From NCBI GenBank assembly GCA_902773675.1, contig CACYFN010000006.1, positions 1 through 60,550 of the forward strand: DNA of 60,550 bases, written 5' to 3'. The position numbers were made by a program, and so were the translations under genes. Under the pieces are notes generated by a model. It saw only the letters and a list, made by a program, of their open reading frames with translations. It searched no databases and was not told the DNA's origin. Shown here piece after piece: positions 28,560 to 37,793 of this stretch. Every line of letters starts with the position of its first letter. Positions within the stretch are counted from its first letter, which is position 1. This DNA comes from an uncultured Erysipelotrichaceae bacterium (GTDB taxonomy: Bacteria; Bacillota_I; Bacilli_A; RF39; UBA660).

Positions 28560-28799
28560 TCACCTAAAATCTATAGAATAAATATTACCACTTATAAGAA
28601 TCTCATTATTCATTAATTTAGATAAAACTAAATTATCACCTCTAACACTAACACTACCAAAATCGTATTTAACAACTACTTTATTAGTATCAATAATACC
28701 AATACTCTGATAATTTACAATATTAACTTTATTATTTAAAATTGTAATTTTAAACTCATCCTCTAAAATATATGAACGAATAGAATTAATTATACCCAT
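28560..28799 (-). CDS. yqfC: sporulation protein YqfC (YabP/YqfC family)
   Basis: 79 aa. VVVKYDFGSVSVRGDNLVLSKLMNNEILISGNIYSIDF fits the family. Lies immediately upstream of yqfD. Confidence 0.75.
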   Translation of the reverse strand: MGIINSIRSYILEDEFKITILNNKVNIVNYQSIGIIDTNKVVVKYDFGSVSVRGDNLVLSKLMNNEILISGNIYSIDFR

Positions 28800-28856
28800 C
28801 TATATCACCAATATATAATATTTAATAAAATAAAAAAGATTACCAAATAATAATCT

Positions 28857-29606
28857 TTATACATTTCTCATATATATAGGTTCGCACCTTTTTTTATTTC
28901 TAACTTTTTTAGCTTGATATAGATACTTAATATCTTTATCTAAATATTCACTTAAATATTTTCTAAATAGTTTTAAAAAATATAATAAATCTTCATCTTT
29001 ATCATTATACATTTTATTTAAATCTTTATGGCCTTTAATAAATTCATTAAAATATCCATCAATTAAAAACCAATAAATTTCAGAATTAAAATTTTTAAAA
29101 TTATATTCATCATAATTTAAATCATCAAGTCCTCTACCAAACTCATCACAATCAGTAACATAAAATCTATCATTAACTTCATCATATAAAAGATTATATA
29201 CAACATCAAATAAAGTAATATTATTATCTGATAAAAATTTTATATCCTTATTAGCAATCTCAATTCCTTTAGAAAAATTATCTAAATTAATACATAAATT
29301 AGATACACAATTAAGATGTATTGCTTTAACAAAATCAGTAATATACCCAACAACTACATCATTAACTATAATAACATCTTTAGGAAAAATAAAAGTATTA
29401 TTAACTAAATGACTATATCTCATAATATCATCTTTACTATATTCAATATATTCGTCTTCATCATAATCTTCATCCAAAAATTGATTAAATACTTTATAAA
29501 CTATATTAGTATTTAAATCTAAAAAGCATGTTCCTTGTGAACCACAACCTAAATAATTCTTAGTTTTTAAAAAACAAATTAAATCTTTTTTGTTATTAAA
29601 ATACAT
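28857..29606 (-). CDS. hypothetical protein with protein-kinase-like motifs (tentative)
   Basis: LGCGSQGTCF (G-loop-like), IVYKVF (beta3 Lys-like), FDVVYNLLYD (D..N catalytic-loop-like), YVTDCDEFG (DFG-like). All from pattern only. Confidence 0.4.
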   Translation of the reverse strand: MYFNNKKDLICFLKTKNYLGCGSQGTCFLDLNTNIVYKVFNQFLDEDYDEDEYIEYSKDDIMRYSHLVNNTFIFPKDVIIVNDVVVGYITDFVKAIHLNCVSNLCINLDNFSKGIEIANKDIKFLSDNNITLFDVVYNLLYDEVNDRFYVTDCDEFGRGLDDLNYDEYNFKNFNSEIYWFLIDGYFNEFIKGHKDLNKMYNDKDEDLLYFLKLFRKYLSEYLDKDIKYLYQAKKVRNKKRCEPIYMRNV

Positions 29607-29727
29607 AATTAATCACCAACAGAAAAATATTATACTATATTTTAATAATTTAAACAAATTTATGTTAAAAATTGCAATTATTATAAAAAAGTGTATAATA
29701 TTATCAGTTTATGTGAGGGGGTAAATT

Positions 29728-30468
29728 ATGACCTATCAAGGTAAAATAACAAAGAACAAAAAACATCTTGGTAGAATATATAGTATACTTAATAATCAAA
29801 TTGCCTTAATATCTGATATAAATAAAACATTAAATAGTAATATTGAAGTTAGTGATTATATAAAATTAGAAGACATATTAAATATAACTAAAGAAATAAA
29901 TGAATCATTATATAATGATAAATGTAATATTGAAAACATAATTGAAAATAAAATAATAAGTATATATGGAGAAATGAGTAGCATTATCCTATACAGATAT
30001 AATAATACAACTATTGAATTTGGATTTACAAATAATTATAAACTAAGAAAACATAAAAAAATAATAATTGATTTAACAAAAGATAATAAACCAGAATTAT
30101 ATTATTTATTAAAAGAAGAAATATTTAATTTACTACGATTAAATGAAACATATAATTATTTTGTAAAACAATATAGTGAAAATGTAAGACCAATTAATTC
30201 TAGTTTAAGAGTAAATATATCTTTATTTAATATTTCATTATATATACCAAAGCAAAATTCATTTTATGACAAATCACTTGAAATAAAATACAGTGGTTAT
30301 GAAGATAAGTTTTATTTAAAAGGAGATAATTATTTATTAAATTGTATTAAAGGACAAGAATTAGTATTATTAAAAAGTATATATATACAAGAAAAAGATT
30401 GTCCAGAATTTCTTAAAAATATAATAAAAGAAAAAAATAGAAAAAAATATAAAATCAAAAAGATATAA
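29728..30468 (+). CDS. hypothetical protein
   Basis: 246-aa ORF with a GAGGGGG SD. Lys-rich C-terminus. Confidence 0.5.
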   Translation: MTYQGKITKNKKHLGRIYSILNNQIALISDINKTLNSNIEVSDYIKLEDILNITKEINESLYNDKCNIENIIENKIISIYGEMSSIILYRYNNTTIEFGFTNNYKLRKHKKIIIDLTKDNKPELYYLLKEEIFNLLRLNETYNYFVKQYSENVRPINSSLRVNISLFNISLYIPKQNSFYDKSLEIKYSGYEDKFYLKGDNYLLNCIKGQELVLLKSIYIQEKDCPEFLKNIIKEKNRKKYKIKKI

Positions 30469-30485
30469 CAAAATATATCTTTTTT

Positions 30486-31829
30486 TCATCTTTTAGAAAG
30501 TTCTACCACCTTTCTCCATAGTAATGGTCCCACTACTCCGTTAATATCAAAACCATAATCACTTTGTAATTTTTTTACTGATTTTTCTGTTAATTCATCA
30601 AATATACCATTTACTCTAACACCTGGTATCGATTTATCAAACTTACATATAGCTAGTAAGAATTTTTGAAATCTTCTTACATCATTATTAGTCATTCCTC
30701 TTACTAAAAAATAATCTGGATATAATTCATTTATATAATCTTTATATTCACTAGGAAATGATTTTAAAATATTATCATATGCATTTCTTAAAACACTAAA
30801 ATCTGTATATGTAAATACGCCTGTTACAGGAAGCCCATATTTTTCTTGAAAAGCTTTAACCATAGTAATAGTATTATTATTATAAATTGAATTAGTAGGA
30901 AGTCTTGGAATATCAGGATCTAAAAAAGCAATAGCATCTAAAAAATAATGAATATATTCTACCTCAATACCAGTATCACCATAATCTAATCTGTCAGTAT
31001 AAAGAAAAGTTACTTCATCTTCAGTTAATCCTTCTGAATATAAATCAGCTAATTTTTTAACACTGGTATAAACATATTTTATCTTATACCATGTACCTTT
31101 ATCGACTATTCCAGTAATAGGTAAATTAAATATTTCTTGAAACTTTTTAACTGCATTTACTGTTTCTTCATCATATATACCTAATGTATTTGTTATATAT
31201 GGAATAGCAGGATAATTCTTGCTAATGCGTTTTAAATCTCTTTGAATAGCAAGTACTGGGTTTCCTGCATTACCAAGCCCTACAGGATAACCAGGATATC
31301 CTTCCAAAGCATCTCCAACCGGTGCATCATATTTAATAGATATATCTGATCCATAATAATACTTTAATATATCAAGTGGTGTTTTACCTTGATTAGAAAG
31401 AGTTACTGTACCCCACTGTGATAAACCATTACAAGTAGTTACTCTACCATCACAATAAGTAGTAAAATATGGCTGAACTTGATTACCTTTTACAACATAA
31501 TTATCAAATATCTCATCAACAATATTATTTATATTTTCATATGTAGACTTATTTTCTATATAAGTTTGATCATATATTGGATTAGAAGTTATATCAAAAT
31601 TATATCCTTTACTTCTATACCATTCATTATAAATTCTATTCATAGCAAATGATGTAATAGCATATATATTAGCTATTAACGCATTTTTAGGCCATGTAGG
31701 ATAAAGTTCGGATGCAGCAACATTTGATATATAATCAGTAAAAGGTACTGTTATATTTCTAGCTGGTTCATCAGGTGCACCTAAATGAACAGTAATATTA
31801 TTAGGCACAATAGGATATCTAACAGCCAT
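30486..31829 (-). CDS. sleC: spore cortex-lytic enzyme SleC-like: catalytic region plus peptidoglycan-binding repeats (no pre/pro region)
   Basis: VPNNITVHLGAPDEPARNITVPFTDYISNVAASELYPTWPKNALIANIYAITSFAMNRIYNEWYRSKGYNFDITS closely parallels clostridial SleC as I remember it. Three PG_binding_1-like repeats follow (AVKKFQEIFNLPITGIVD, MVKAFQEKYGLPVTGVF, SVKKLQSDYGFDINGVV). Confidence 0.7.
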   Translation of the reverse strand: MAVRYPIVPNNITVHLGAPDEPARNITVPFTDYISNVAASELYPTWPKNALIANIYAITSFAMNRIYNEWYRSKGYNFDITSNPIYDQTYIENKSTYENINNIVDEIFDNYVVKGNQVQPYFTTYCDGRVTTCNGLSQWGTVTLSNQGKTPLDILKYYYGSDISIKYDAPVGDALEGYPGYPVGLGNAGNPVLAIQRDLKRISKNYPAIPYITNTLGIYDEETVNAVKKFQEIFNLPITGIVDKGTWYKIKYVYTSVKKLADLYSEGLTEDEVTFLYTDRLDYGDTGIEVEYIHYFLDAIAFLDPDIPRLPTNSIYNNNTITMVKAFQEKYGLPVTGVFTYTDFSVLRNAYDNILKSFPSEYKDYINELYPDYFLVRGMTNNDVRRFQKFLLAICKFDKSIPGVRVNGIFDELTEKSVKKLQSDYGFDINGVVGPLLWRKVVELSKR

Positions 31830-32230
31830 TAATCATCACCCATTTTAGGTACAATACTAATATTTTGTATAACATATAAATTATCATAAACATTAACTAT
31901 AAAAGCTAAAGAAGTATTATTCATATTATTAGTAGCAACTATTTCATATGATGTACTTTTAGGTATAACAAGATCATCATTATTATTTCTAGGAGCAGGT
32001 AAACTTATATTTTCAATTACTCCAGATTCATTAGTATACCCTTCAAAAAAATTAACATTATATCCATCTATTTTCTTATTAACCAGTATTTTTAAGCCAG
32101 TTATTGGTACTGCTTGATTAGCAGCATATGCCCTAATTCTTAAATAACCAGTACCTTTATTATTATTCATAAATTCTTGATATGCAGTAGAATTTATAAA
32201 CTCTTCATCATTAAGACTAACATTATTCAT
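31829..32230 (-). CDS. stand-alone homolog of the SleC N-terminal pre/pro (carboxypeptidase-regulatory-like) domain
   Basis: GYLRIRAYAANQAVPITG..TNESGVIENISLPAP..YEIVAT parallels the N-terminal region of clostridial SleC. Its TAA stop shares one base with the ATG of the catalytic ORF (TAATG at 31827-31831). Confidence 0.55.
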   Translation of the reverse strand: MNNVSLNDEEFINSTAYQEFMNNNKGTGYLRIRAYAANQAVPITGLKILVNKKIDGYNVNFFEGYTNESGVIENISLPAPRNNNDDLVIPKSTSYEIVATNNMNNTSLAFIVNVYDNLYVIQNISIVPKMGDD

Positions 32231-32240
32231 GAATTCCCCC

Positions 32241-33254
32241 TTAAATAATTAATTTTTGACCTACACTAAGTAAATTATTTTTTAAATTATTTTTTGTTTT
32301 AATACTATTAACAGTAGTATTATATTTTCTCGCAATACTATATAAGTTATCACCACTTTTAACTATATAAATATTTGTTGTAGTATTTTTTGTACTTGGT
32401 ATCTTTAATATCTGTCCGATACTTAAAGTATTACTAACTAAATTATTTAAACTTTTAATTTCAGATACAGTAGTATTAAATTTACTAGCTATTGAATATA
32501 AACTATCTCCTGCCTTTACAGTATATGATGTTTGATTAGTATTATTAGATTCACTAGGTATCTTTAAAATTTGTCCAATGCTTAAACTATCACTTGTTAA
32601 ATTATTTAAACTTTTTATAACTGATACACTCGTGTTATATTTTTTAGCAATATCATATAAATTATCTCCTTTTTTTACTGTATATGTAATAGATACTGTA
32701 TCTTCAGGTGGTGTATAATCAGGCCCAAAACATTCTTCTACTAGTGTAGTTGTACCTTCAGGAATTCTTATTTTTAATACTTGGCCGATATTTAATATAT
32801 TATTAGTTAAAGAATTATCTTTAATAAGCGTATCAACACTAATGTTATTATTTCTAGCTATTGTATATATAGTATCTCCTGCTTTAACCGTATAACTTGT
32901 ATAATTAGGCATAATCATTTGATCTTCAGGAGTATACATTTCTGGTATTCTAAGTACTTGACCAATACTTAAATTATTACTTGTTAAATTATTTAAATCT
33001 TTAATAGCAGCTACTGTTGTATTATATTTAGTAGCTATTTTATAAAGAGAATCTCCTTTTACAACAGTATACATAAACATAGTATTAGGATTAGTCCCTG
33101 ATGTTGATGGTATAGTTAACACTTGACCAATCTTTAATGAATCAGCAGTAACATTATTAAGCCTAGCAAGTTCTGTAACCGATACACCATATTGATTACT
33201 AATCCCATATAAAGTATCTCCTGCTTTAACTGTATATGTATTTATTTTTATCAC
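32241..33254 (-). CDS. protein made of six LysM domains (SafA-like / spore peptidoglycan-binding)
   Basis: Six copies of Y(T/I)VK.GD.LY.IA..YN..V..IK..NNL....L.IGQ.L.IP. No signal peptide. Confidence 0.85.
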   Translation of the reverse strand: MIKINTYTVKAGDTLYGISNQYGVSVTELARLNNVTADSLKIGQVLTIPSTSGTNPNTMFMYTVVKGDSLYKIATKYNTTVAAIKDLNNLTSNNLSIGQVLRIPEMYTPEDQMIMPNYTSYTVKAGDTIYTIARNNNISVDTLIKDNSLTNNILNIGQVLKIRIPEGTTTLVEECFGPDYTPPEDTVSITYTVKKGDNLYDIAKKYNTSVSVIKSLNNLTSDSLSIGQILKIPSESNNTNQTSYTVKAGDSLYSIASKFNTTVSEIKSLNNLVSNTLSIGQILKIPSTKNTTTNIYIVKSGDNLYSIARKYNTTVNSIKTKNNLKNNLLSVGQKLII

Positions 33255-33347
33255 CTCATAAAATTATATGACAAAAAAAGACAAATAATAATTTATTATT
33301 TATCTTATATAATTATAAAATCATAAGAATAATTTATAGATTACCTA

Positions 33348-34367
33348 TTATTTATTTAATTCCTTTAATAATTTAGGTGGTATACTTCTTGGACCTCTTA
33401 TAGTTGTAATACCATATTCTTTTAATTTATCTAAAGTAAACTCATTATTATATTTTTTAATTAACTTTATTTTCATTATATGATTCATATTTATATTATT
33501 ATCGCGATATTTATAAGGTATATCTTTATCAACCACTATACATTTATACATAATACATGAATAAGGACTAGCAATATATAAATATACATAATCATTAATT
33601 AATATATTCTTAGGTTGCTTCCACATAATAATATCAGTATCATTAAAAGCATTCACAATATCATAATATTTAGGATTAGCAGGTATTATATAATTAGTAG
33701 ATATATTTATTAAATCATAACTAATATTAATTAAATTAATAATTTCTTCATCACTTAATGTATCATCTAAAATAATACTAACCCAACTTTTTTTATTCAT
33801 ATGATATGCCAGATATATACCACTTATATTTAAATAATCTGATACATTATCTAACTTGATATTGATTATATCTACTAATCCACTTGAATTATTTATAATT
33901 TTACTTTTATCAATATTCATAATAATACCAAACCATTTATTACTTCTCTTATTTCTAAATACCCCATAATCAGGACTATCATCCCATAGAAACTCTGGTT
34001 CTACATTATATTTATCATAAATTAATCTACTTATACGATTAGCTTGACTACTTACAAATAACTGTTTAGTAAAACAATTATTTCTAATATCATTTAAAAT
34101 ACTTATATATTCACTCTTTATAACACTAGCAAACTCACCTAGTTCTCCTTCCCTTCTAAATAAAGTATATTCATAATTAAAAGATAAATCTATTACTTTT
34201 CCTTTTACTACATTATTATCAATTTCTATAATAGCTTTAAAACTATTATCCATAAATAATATTTCATAAATATACTTATTATTTTCTAATTTAAAACCAT
34301 AATCAATTAATTTATCAGTATTAACAATATATTTATTAAATAGCTCTTCTTCAATCATATAAAACAC
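33348..34367 (-). CDS. MmcQ/YjbR-family domain fused to a C-terminal PUA/EVE-like domain
   Basis: NKWFGIIMNI and YHMNKKSWVSIILDD match the YjbR signature. About 110 residues of C-terminal extension are of uncertain fold. Confidence 0.55.
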   Translation of the reverse strand: MFYMIEEELFNKYIVNTDKLIDYGFKLENNKYIYEILFMDNSFKAIIEIDNNVVKGKVIDLSFNYEYTLFRREGELGEFASVIKSEYISILNDIRNNCFTKQLFVSSQANRISRLIYDKYNVEPEFLWDDSPDYGVFRNKRSNKWFGIIMNIDKSKIINNSSGLVDIINIKLDNVSDYLNISGIYLAYHMNKKSWVSIILDDTLSDEEIINLINISYDLINISTNYIIPANPKYYDIVNAFNDTDIIMWKQPKNILINDYVYLYIASPYSCIMYKCIVVDKDIPYKYRDNNINMNHIMKIKLIKKYNNEFTLDKLKEYGITTIRGPRSIPPKLLKELNK

Positions 34368-34411
34368 CTACAAACATTATACTATCTTAAATATTAATAT
34401 CAATACAATCA

Positions 34412-35401
34412 TCATTTCTTATAAATCTTTTGCTTATACAATTCTTTATTTAATAAATTAATAGTACCTAAACCAAATTTTTCATATATATTTGACTCAT
34501 AATTAGTAGTAATCATCTTCATTTTATTCAGTGTTATTTCAATTTCATTTAATAATTTAATTAATTCATCTCTATCAGATACACTATCCATTTTAGAAAA
34601 TAACTCACCAGCATCATATAAAGATTTATTTAAATATTTAATACCTTTTTCCATATAAACAGAATCAGTAATAGCAATAGACTCTTTATTTTGATGCGCT
34701 AAAGAAACAATGACATCAAATATATCTTCTTTTGTTATACTTTTAGGAAGTCTATCTATATCAAAAGATAAACTATTTAAATAAATTTCTTTATAAACTC
34801 GATTATCATAAAATCTATAATCCTTTGGACGTAAATGTATCAAATAACTAGAATCATCAGTTATATATTCTATAGTACGATCTAAGTATCTTGGTAACAT
34901 TCTCATATTATCTACATATTCTACATTATAATTTTCATCAAACTTTTCACTCTTTAAAGTATATACTGTATCTGTGAATTTTATATTGCAATAATTAATT
35001 ATAGAAAAACCTAATTTTTCTATATGTTCTACTAATTTTATTACTTTATTAATATCTAAATTCTCTTTTAAAATTAAATTATAACAATATTCTAAAGTAG
35101 AATACTTGCTCTTTTCCAATTTATTATATTCATATACATCATACATAAATCCAGTCATACTAATATATTTTTTTATAATTTCAATACTATTTTTATGATT
35201 ATTAATTAGTGTTTTAATACTATCATCATCTATACTATCTAAATTTTTAAATAGAGAACCAAAAGATTCAAAACTAATATTACCAGAATAATTTCTGAGT
35301 AATATTAATAAATCATTTGTAAAACTTTCATAATCATCATACATATTTAGTAGAGTTAATAAATAATCAATTTTTATACTTCTCTCTCCATTATTACTCA
35401 T
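34412..35401 (-). CDS. hypothetical protein
   Basis: 329-aa ORF, no motif recognised. Confidence 0.5.
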   Translation of the reverse strand: MSNNGERSIKIDYLLTLLNMYDDYESFTNDLLILLRNYSGNISFESFGSLFKNLDSIDDDSIKTLINNHKNSIEIIKKYISMTGFMYDVYEYNKLEKSKYSTLEYCYNLILKENLDINKVIKLVEHIEKLGFSIINYCNIKFTDTVYTLKSEKFDENYNVEYVDNMRMLPRYLDRTIEYITDDSSYLIHLRPKDYRFYDNRVYKEIYLNSLSFDIDRLPKSITKEDIFDVIVSLAHQNKESIAITDSVYMEKGIKYLNKSLYDAGELFSKMDSVSDRDELIKLLNEIEITLNKMKMITTNYESNIYEKFGLGTINLLNKELYKQKIYKK

Positions 35402-35430
35402 AAAAACCTCCTGAGTAAATTACTATATTT

Positions 35431-36093
35431 TTATTCTTTTATTTCTAAGCCAAATATACAATTATCATAAATAAACCTAACTATAGAATTATTACCTCCA
35501 GTAGTATAATATTCACTTAACAATTTATTAAATTCATTAATAAACTCTTCCTTAATTGTAATAATACCTTTACCATTTTCTATCATAATTTTATTTGCAA
35601 CTATCATGCTTGTTCTTTTATTACCATCCCAAAATACTTGAGCTCGCATTAAATATAACATTATTCTAATAGCACGTTCAGTAATAGAATTTGAACCATC
35701 AGTAATTTGATCAATACCCAAAAGAATATCTTCTTTATTTGGAATTGGAGGTTGATAATCAGTACCAGAAATACCAACAATACCATTTCTTAATGTTCCC
35801 CAAGCCAAAGATTCATTTCAAGAAACATAACTATTAACTTTACAAATATAATCTATAGTTAATCTTTGAGAAACATCACTTAAAACAAAATTCCAAGCAT
35901 CACGCAAATTCAAGATACAATTAATATCATCTAAATGCATAGTTGGAACATTAACTCCATCTAAAATAGTTTGAGTATCAGGAAAAGTTATATTTAAACC
36001 TTCCAACTTCGCACTATTATAAATAGAAGTAACTAATACTTTCATAGCTAAAAAAACATTCTGTTCTTGAGTCAATTCATATTTATCTTTCAT
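35431..36093 (-). pseudogene. Fic/Doc-family gene interrupted by a single in-frame TGA (35818-35820); degenerate Doc-type motif
   Basis: ORFs 35818..36093 and 35431..35808 are in the same frame, separated by TGA-AAT-GAA-TCT. The N-terminal part has the Fic N-terminal pattern (SAKLEGLNITFPDT). The C-terminal part has QVFWDGNKRTS, versus Doc H-x-F-x-D/N-A/G-N-K-R. Confidence 0.6.
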
Positions 36094-36128
36094 TTAAATC
36101 ACCACATTACAAAAATAATAAACAATAA

Positions 36129-36202
36129 TGGTGCCAAATGACTGAATTGAACAGTCCTCTGATGCTTACCATGCATCTGTTTTACCACTAAACTAAATTG
36201 GC
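36129..36202 (-). tRNA. tRNA-Thr (anticodon GGU), CCA encoded
   Basis: The minus strand folds by hand into a cloverleaf: GCCAATT TA GTTT AGTGGTA AAAC A GATGC ATGGTAA GCATC AGAG GACTG TTCAATT CAGTC ATTTGGC A CCA. D, anticodon and T stems are perfect. There is one T:T mismatch at 6:67. Confidence 0.85.
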
Positions 36203-36262
36203 ACTACATATATATAATATCAATTTTTTAAATAATATACAAGCAAAAAATAGAATTAGAAA

Positions 36263-36293
36263 AAATAGAATTAGATAAAAACTAATTCTATTT
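36263..36293 (-). terminator. terminator of the lipoprotein gene, with a duplicated 15-mer arm
   Basis: aaatagaattag (36263-36274) pairs with ctaattctattt (36282-36293, includes the stop codon). A T run follows on the minus strand. aaaaaatagaattag is tandemly duplicated (36245-36259, 36260-36274). Confidence 0.55.
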
Positions 36294-36740
36294 ACAAGTA
36301 TAACCTTGTTGTTCTAATTGAGTTTTATTAACACTGTAAGACTCAGATCCTTTAGCACCTATTGCAGTTTTAGTAGCATCACTTATGTTCTTATAATCAA
36401 CAAAAACAACAACATCAAATGTTTTATCACCAGTCTTACTAGCAGTTACAGTAATTCCATCATAATTATATTGATTTTCATAAGTTGATTTCATTGTATT
36501 AAACATAGTATCAAATTGACTAGCATACAATCCAGATAATTCAAATTTCATAACCATTTTCATAGTATCTACTTTACCGCTTTTAAATTCAATGTCATAT
36601 TCTTGAACCATAGTAACACCACTTGGCATACTACTTGAAAAATCTTTTGAACAACTTAAGGTCTTATCTGCTTCAGCACCACATCCTGTAATCATAATAG
36701 CGCACATTATAAAAACTAAACTCCAAACTATCTTTTTCAT
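36288..36740 (-). CDS. lipoprotein (lipobox ITGC)
   Basis: MKKIVWSLVFIMCAIMITGCGAE signal peptide with lipobox. The ATG at 36740 has an AAGGAGA SD; the track start is 36755. Confidence 0.7.
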   Translation of the reverse strand: MKKIVWSLVFIMCAIMITGCGAEADKTLSCSKDFSSSMPSGVTMVQEYDIEFKSGKVDTMKMVMKFELSGLYASQFDTMFNTMKSTYENQYNYDGITVTASKTGDKTFDVVVFVDYKNISDATKTAIGAKGSESYSVNKTQLEQQGYTCK

Positions 36741-36860
36741 ATTATCTCCTTTCATTATTATAATATCACATTTTTACTAATAATAATACACATAAAAAAT
36801 TTTTTTATAAAATGTATACAACTATTTACAATATTTAAACATAATAAAAATGGTGATTAT

Positions 36861-37793
36861 ATGAAAATAAGACTAGGTTATGTAGCTATATCTACATCAT
36901 TAGATATAACTTCATCAAAAACAATAACATATACAAATTTTATAAAAGATAAAGATTATAATAAATTATGTTCTACTATCAATAATAATTTAGATAATTT
37001 AATAGAAATACTTAAATATAATATAGCTAACAATATTCATTTCTATAGATTAACTTCTAAATTAATACCACTTTCTACTATAATCGATTATGATTATATT
37101 ACTCCATTTATGAGTAAATATAAAATAATAAGTAAATTAATTAAAGATAATAATTTAAGAATAGATGTTCATCCAGATCAATTTAATGTTTTAAATAGTA
37201 CCAATAAAGAAATAGTAAATAATACTATAAAATCATTAGAATATCATTATAAAATATTAGATATATTAAATATTAAAGAAAAAATAATAATTCTTCATAT
37301 AGGAGGAAATACCTTTGGTAAAGAAAAAAGTATCTCTAGATTTATTAATAATTTTAAAAAATTACCTGATTATTTACAAAAATGTATCGCTATCGAAAAT
37401 GATGATAAAATATTTAATATAATAGATTGTCTTAAAATATCTAAAAAATTAAATATACCTATAGTTCTTGATTATCATCATTATATTTGTAATAATGATG
37501 GTGAACAAATAGAAAAATACATAATAGAAATATTTAATACATGGCATAATAAAACTCCTAAAATACATTTTTCATCACCAAAAAGTAACTCAAAACGTGA
37601 ATATAGGAGTCATAATGACTACATTAATCCAAATACATTTATAGAATTTATAAATAAAATTAAACATATAAATATTGATTTTGATATAATGCTTGAAGCA
37701 AAAGCTAAAGACTCAGCATTATATAAACTTGTTAGTCAATTAAAATATCTGACAAATTATAAATTTATTGATGAAACTTCATTTTTGATTTAA
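36861..37793 (+). CDS. uvdE: UV damage endonuclease UvdE/UvsE
   Basis: MKIRLGYVAIS start, YRLTSKLIPL, HPDQF, ILHIGG and ENDD motifs of the UVDE TIM-barrel family. Confidence 0.8.
   Translation: MKIRLGYVAISTSLDITSSKTITYTNFIKDKDYNKLCSTINNNLDNLIEILKYNIANNIHFYRLTSKLIPLSTIIDYDYITPFMSKYKIISKLIKDNNLRIDVHPDQFNVLNSTNKEIVNNTIKSLEYHYKILDILNIKEKIIILHIGGNTFGKEKSISRFINNFKKLPDYLQKCIAIENDDKIFNIIDCLKISKKLNIPIVLDYHHYICNNDGEQIEKYIIEIFNTWHNKTPKIHFSSPKSNSKREYRSHNDYINPNTFIEFINKIKHINIDFDIMLEAKAKDSALYKLVSQLKYLTNYKFIDETSFLI

Noticed and set aside
32241-33254. Repetitive DNA inside the LysM gene considered as a possible variable-repeat or DGR-type target.
   Set aside because: The periodicity simply reflects six diverged LysM domains. 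No reverse transcriptase or template repeat is present in the window.
35818-35820. The in-frame TGA in the Fic/Doc-like gene as evidence for an alternative genetic code (TGA as Trp or Gly).
   Set aside because: yqfC, dnaG and tnpB terminate at TGA at the expected protein ends. All other long ORFs in the standard-code track match full-length family architectures without extra TGA codons. The genome therefore uses code 11.
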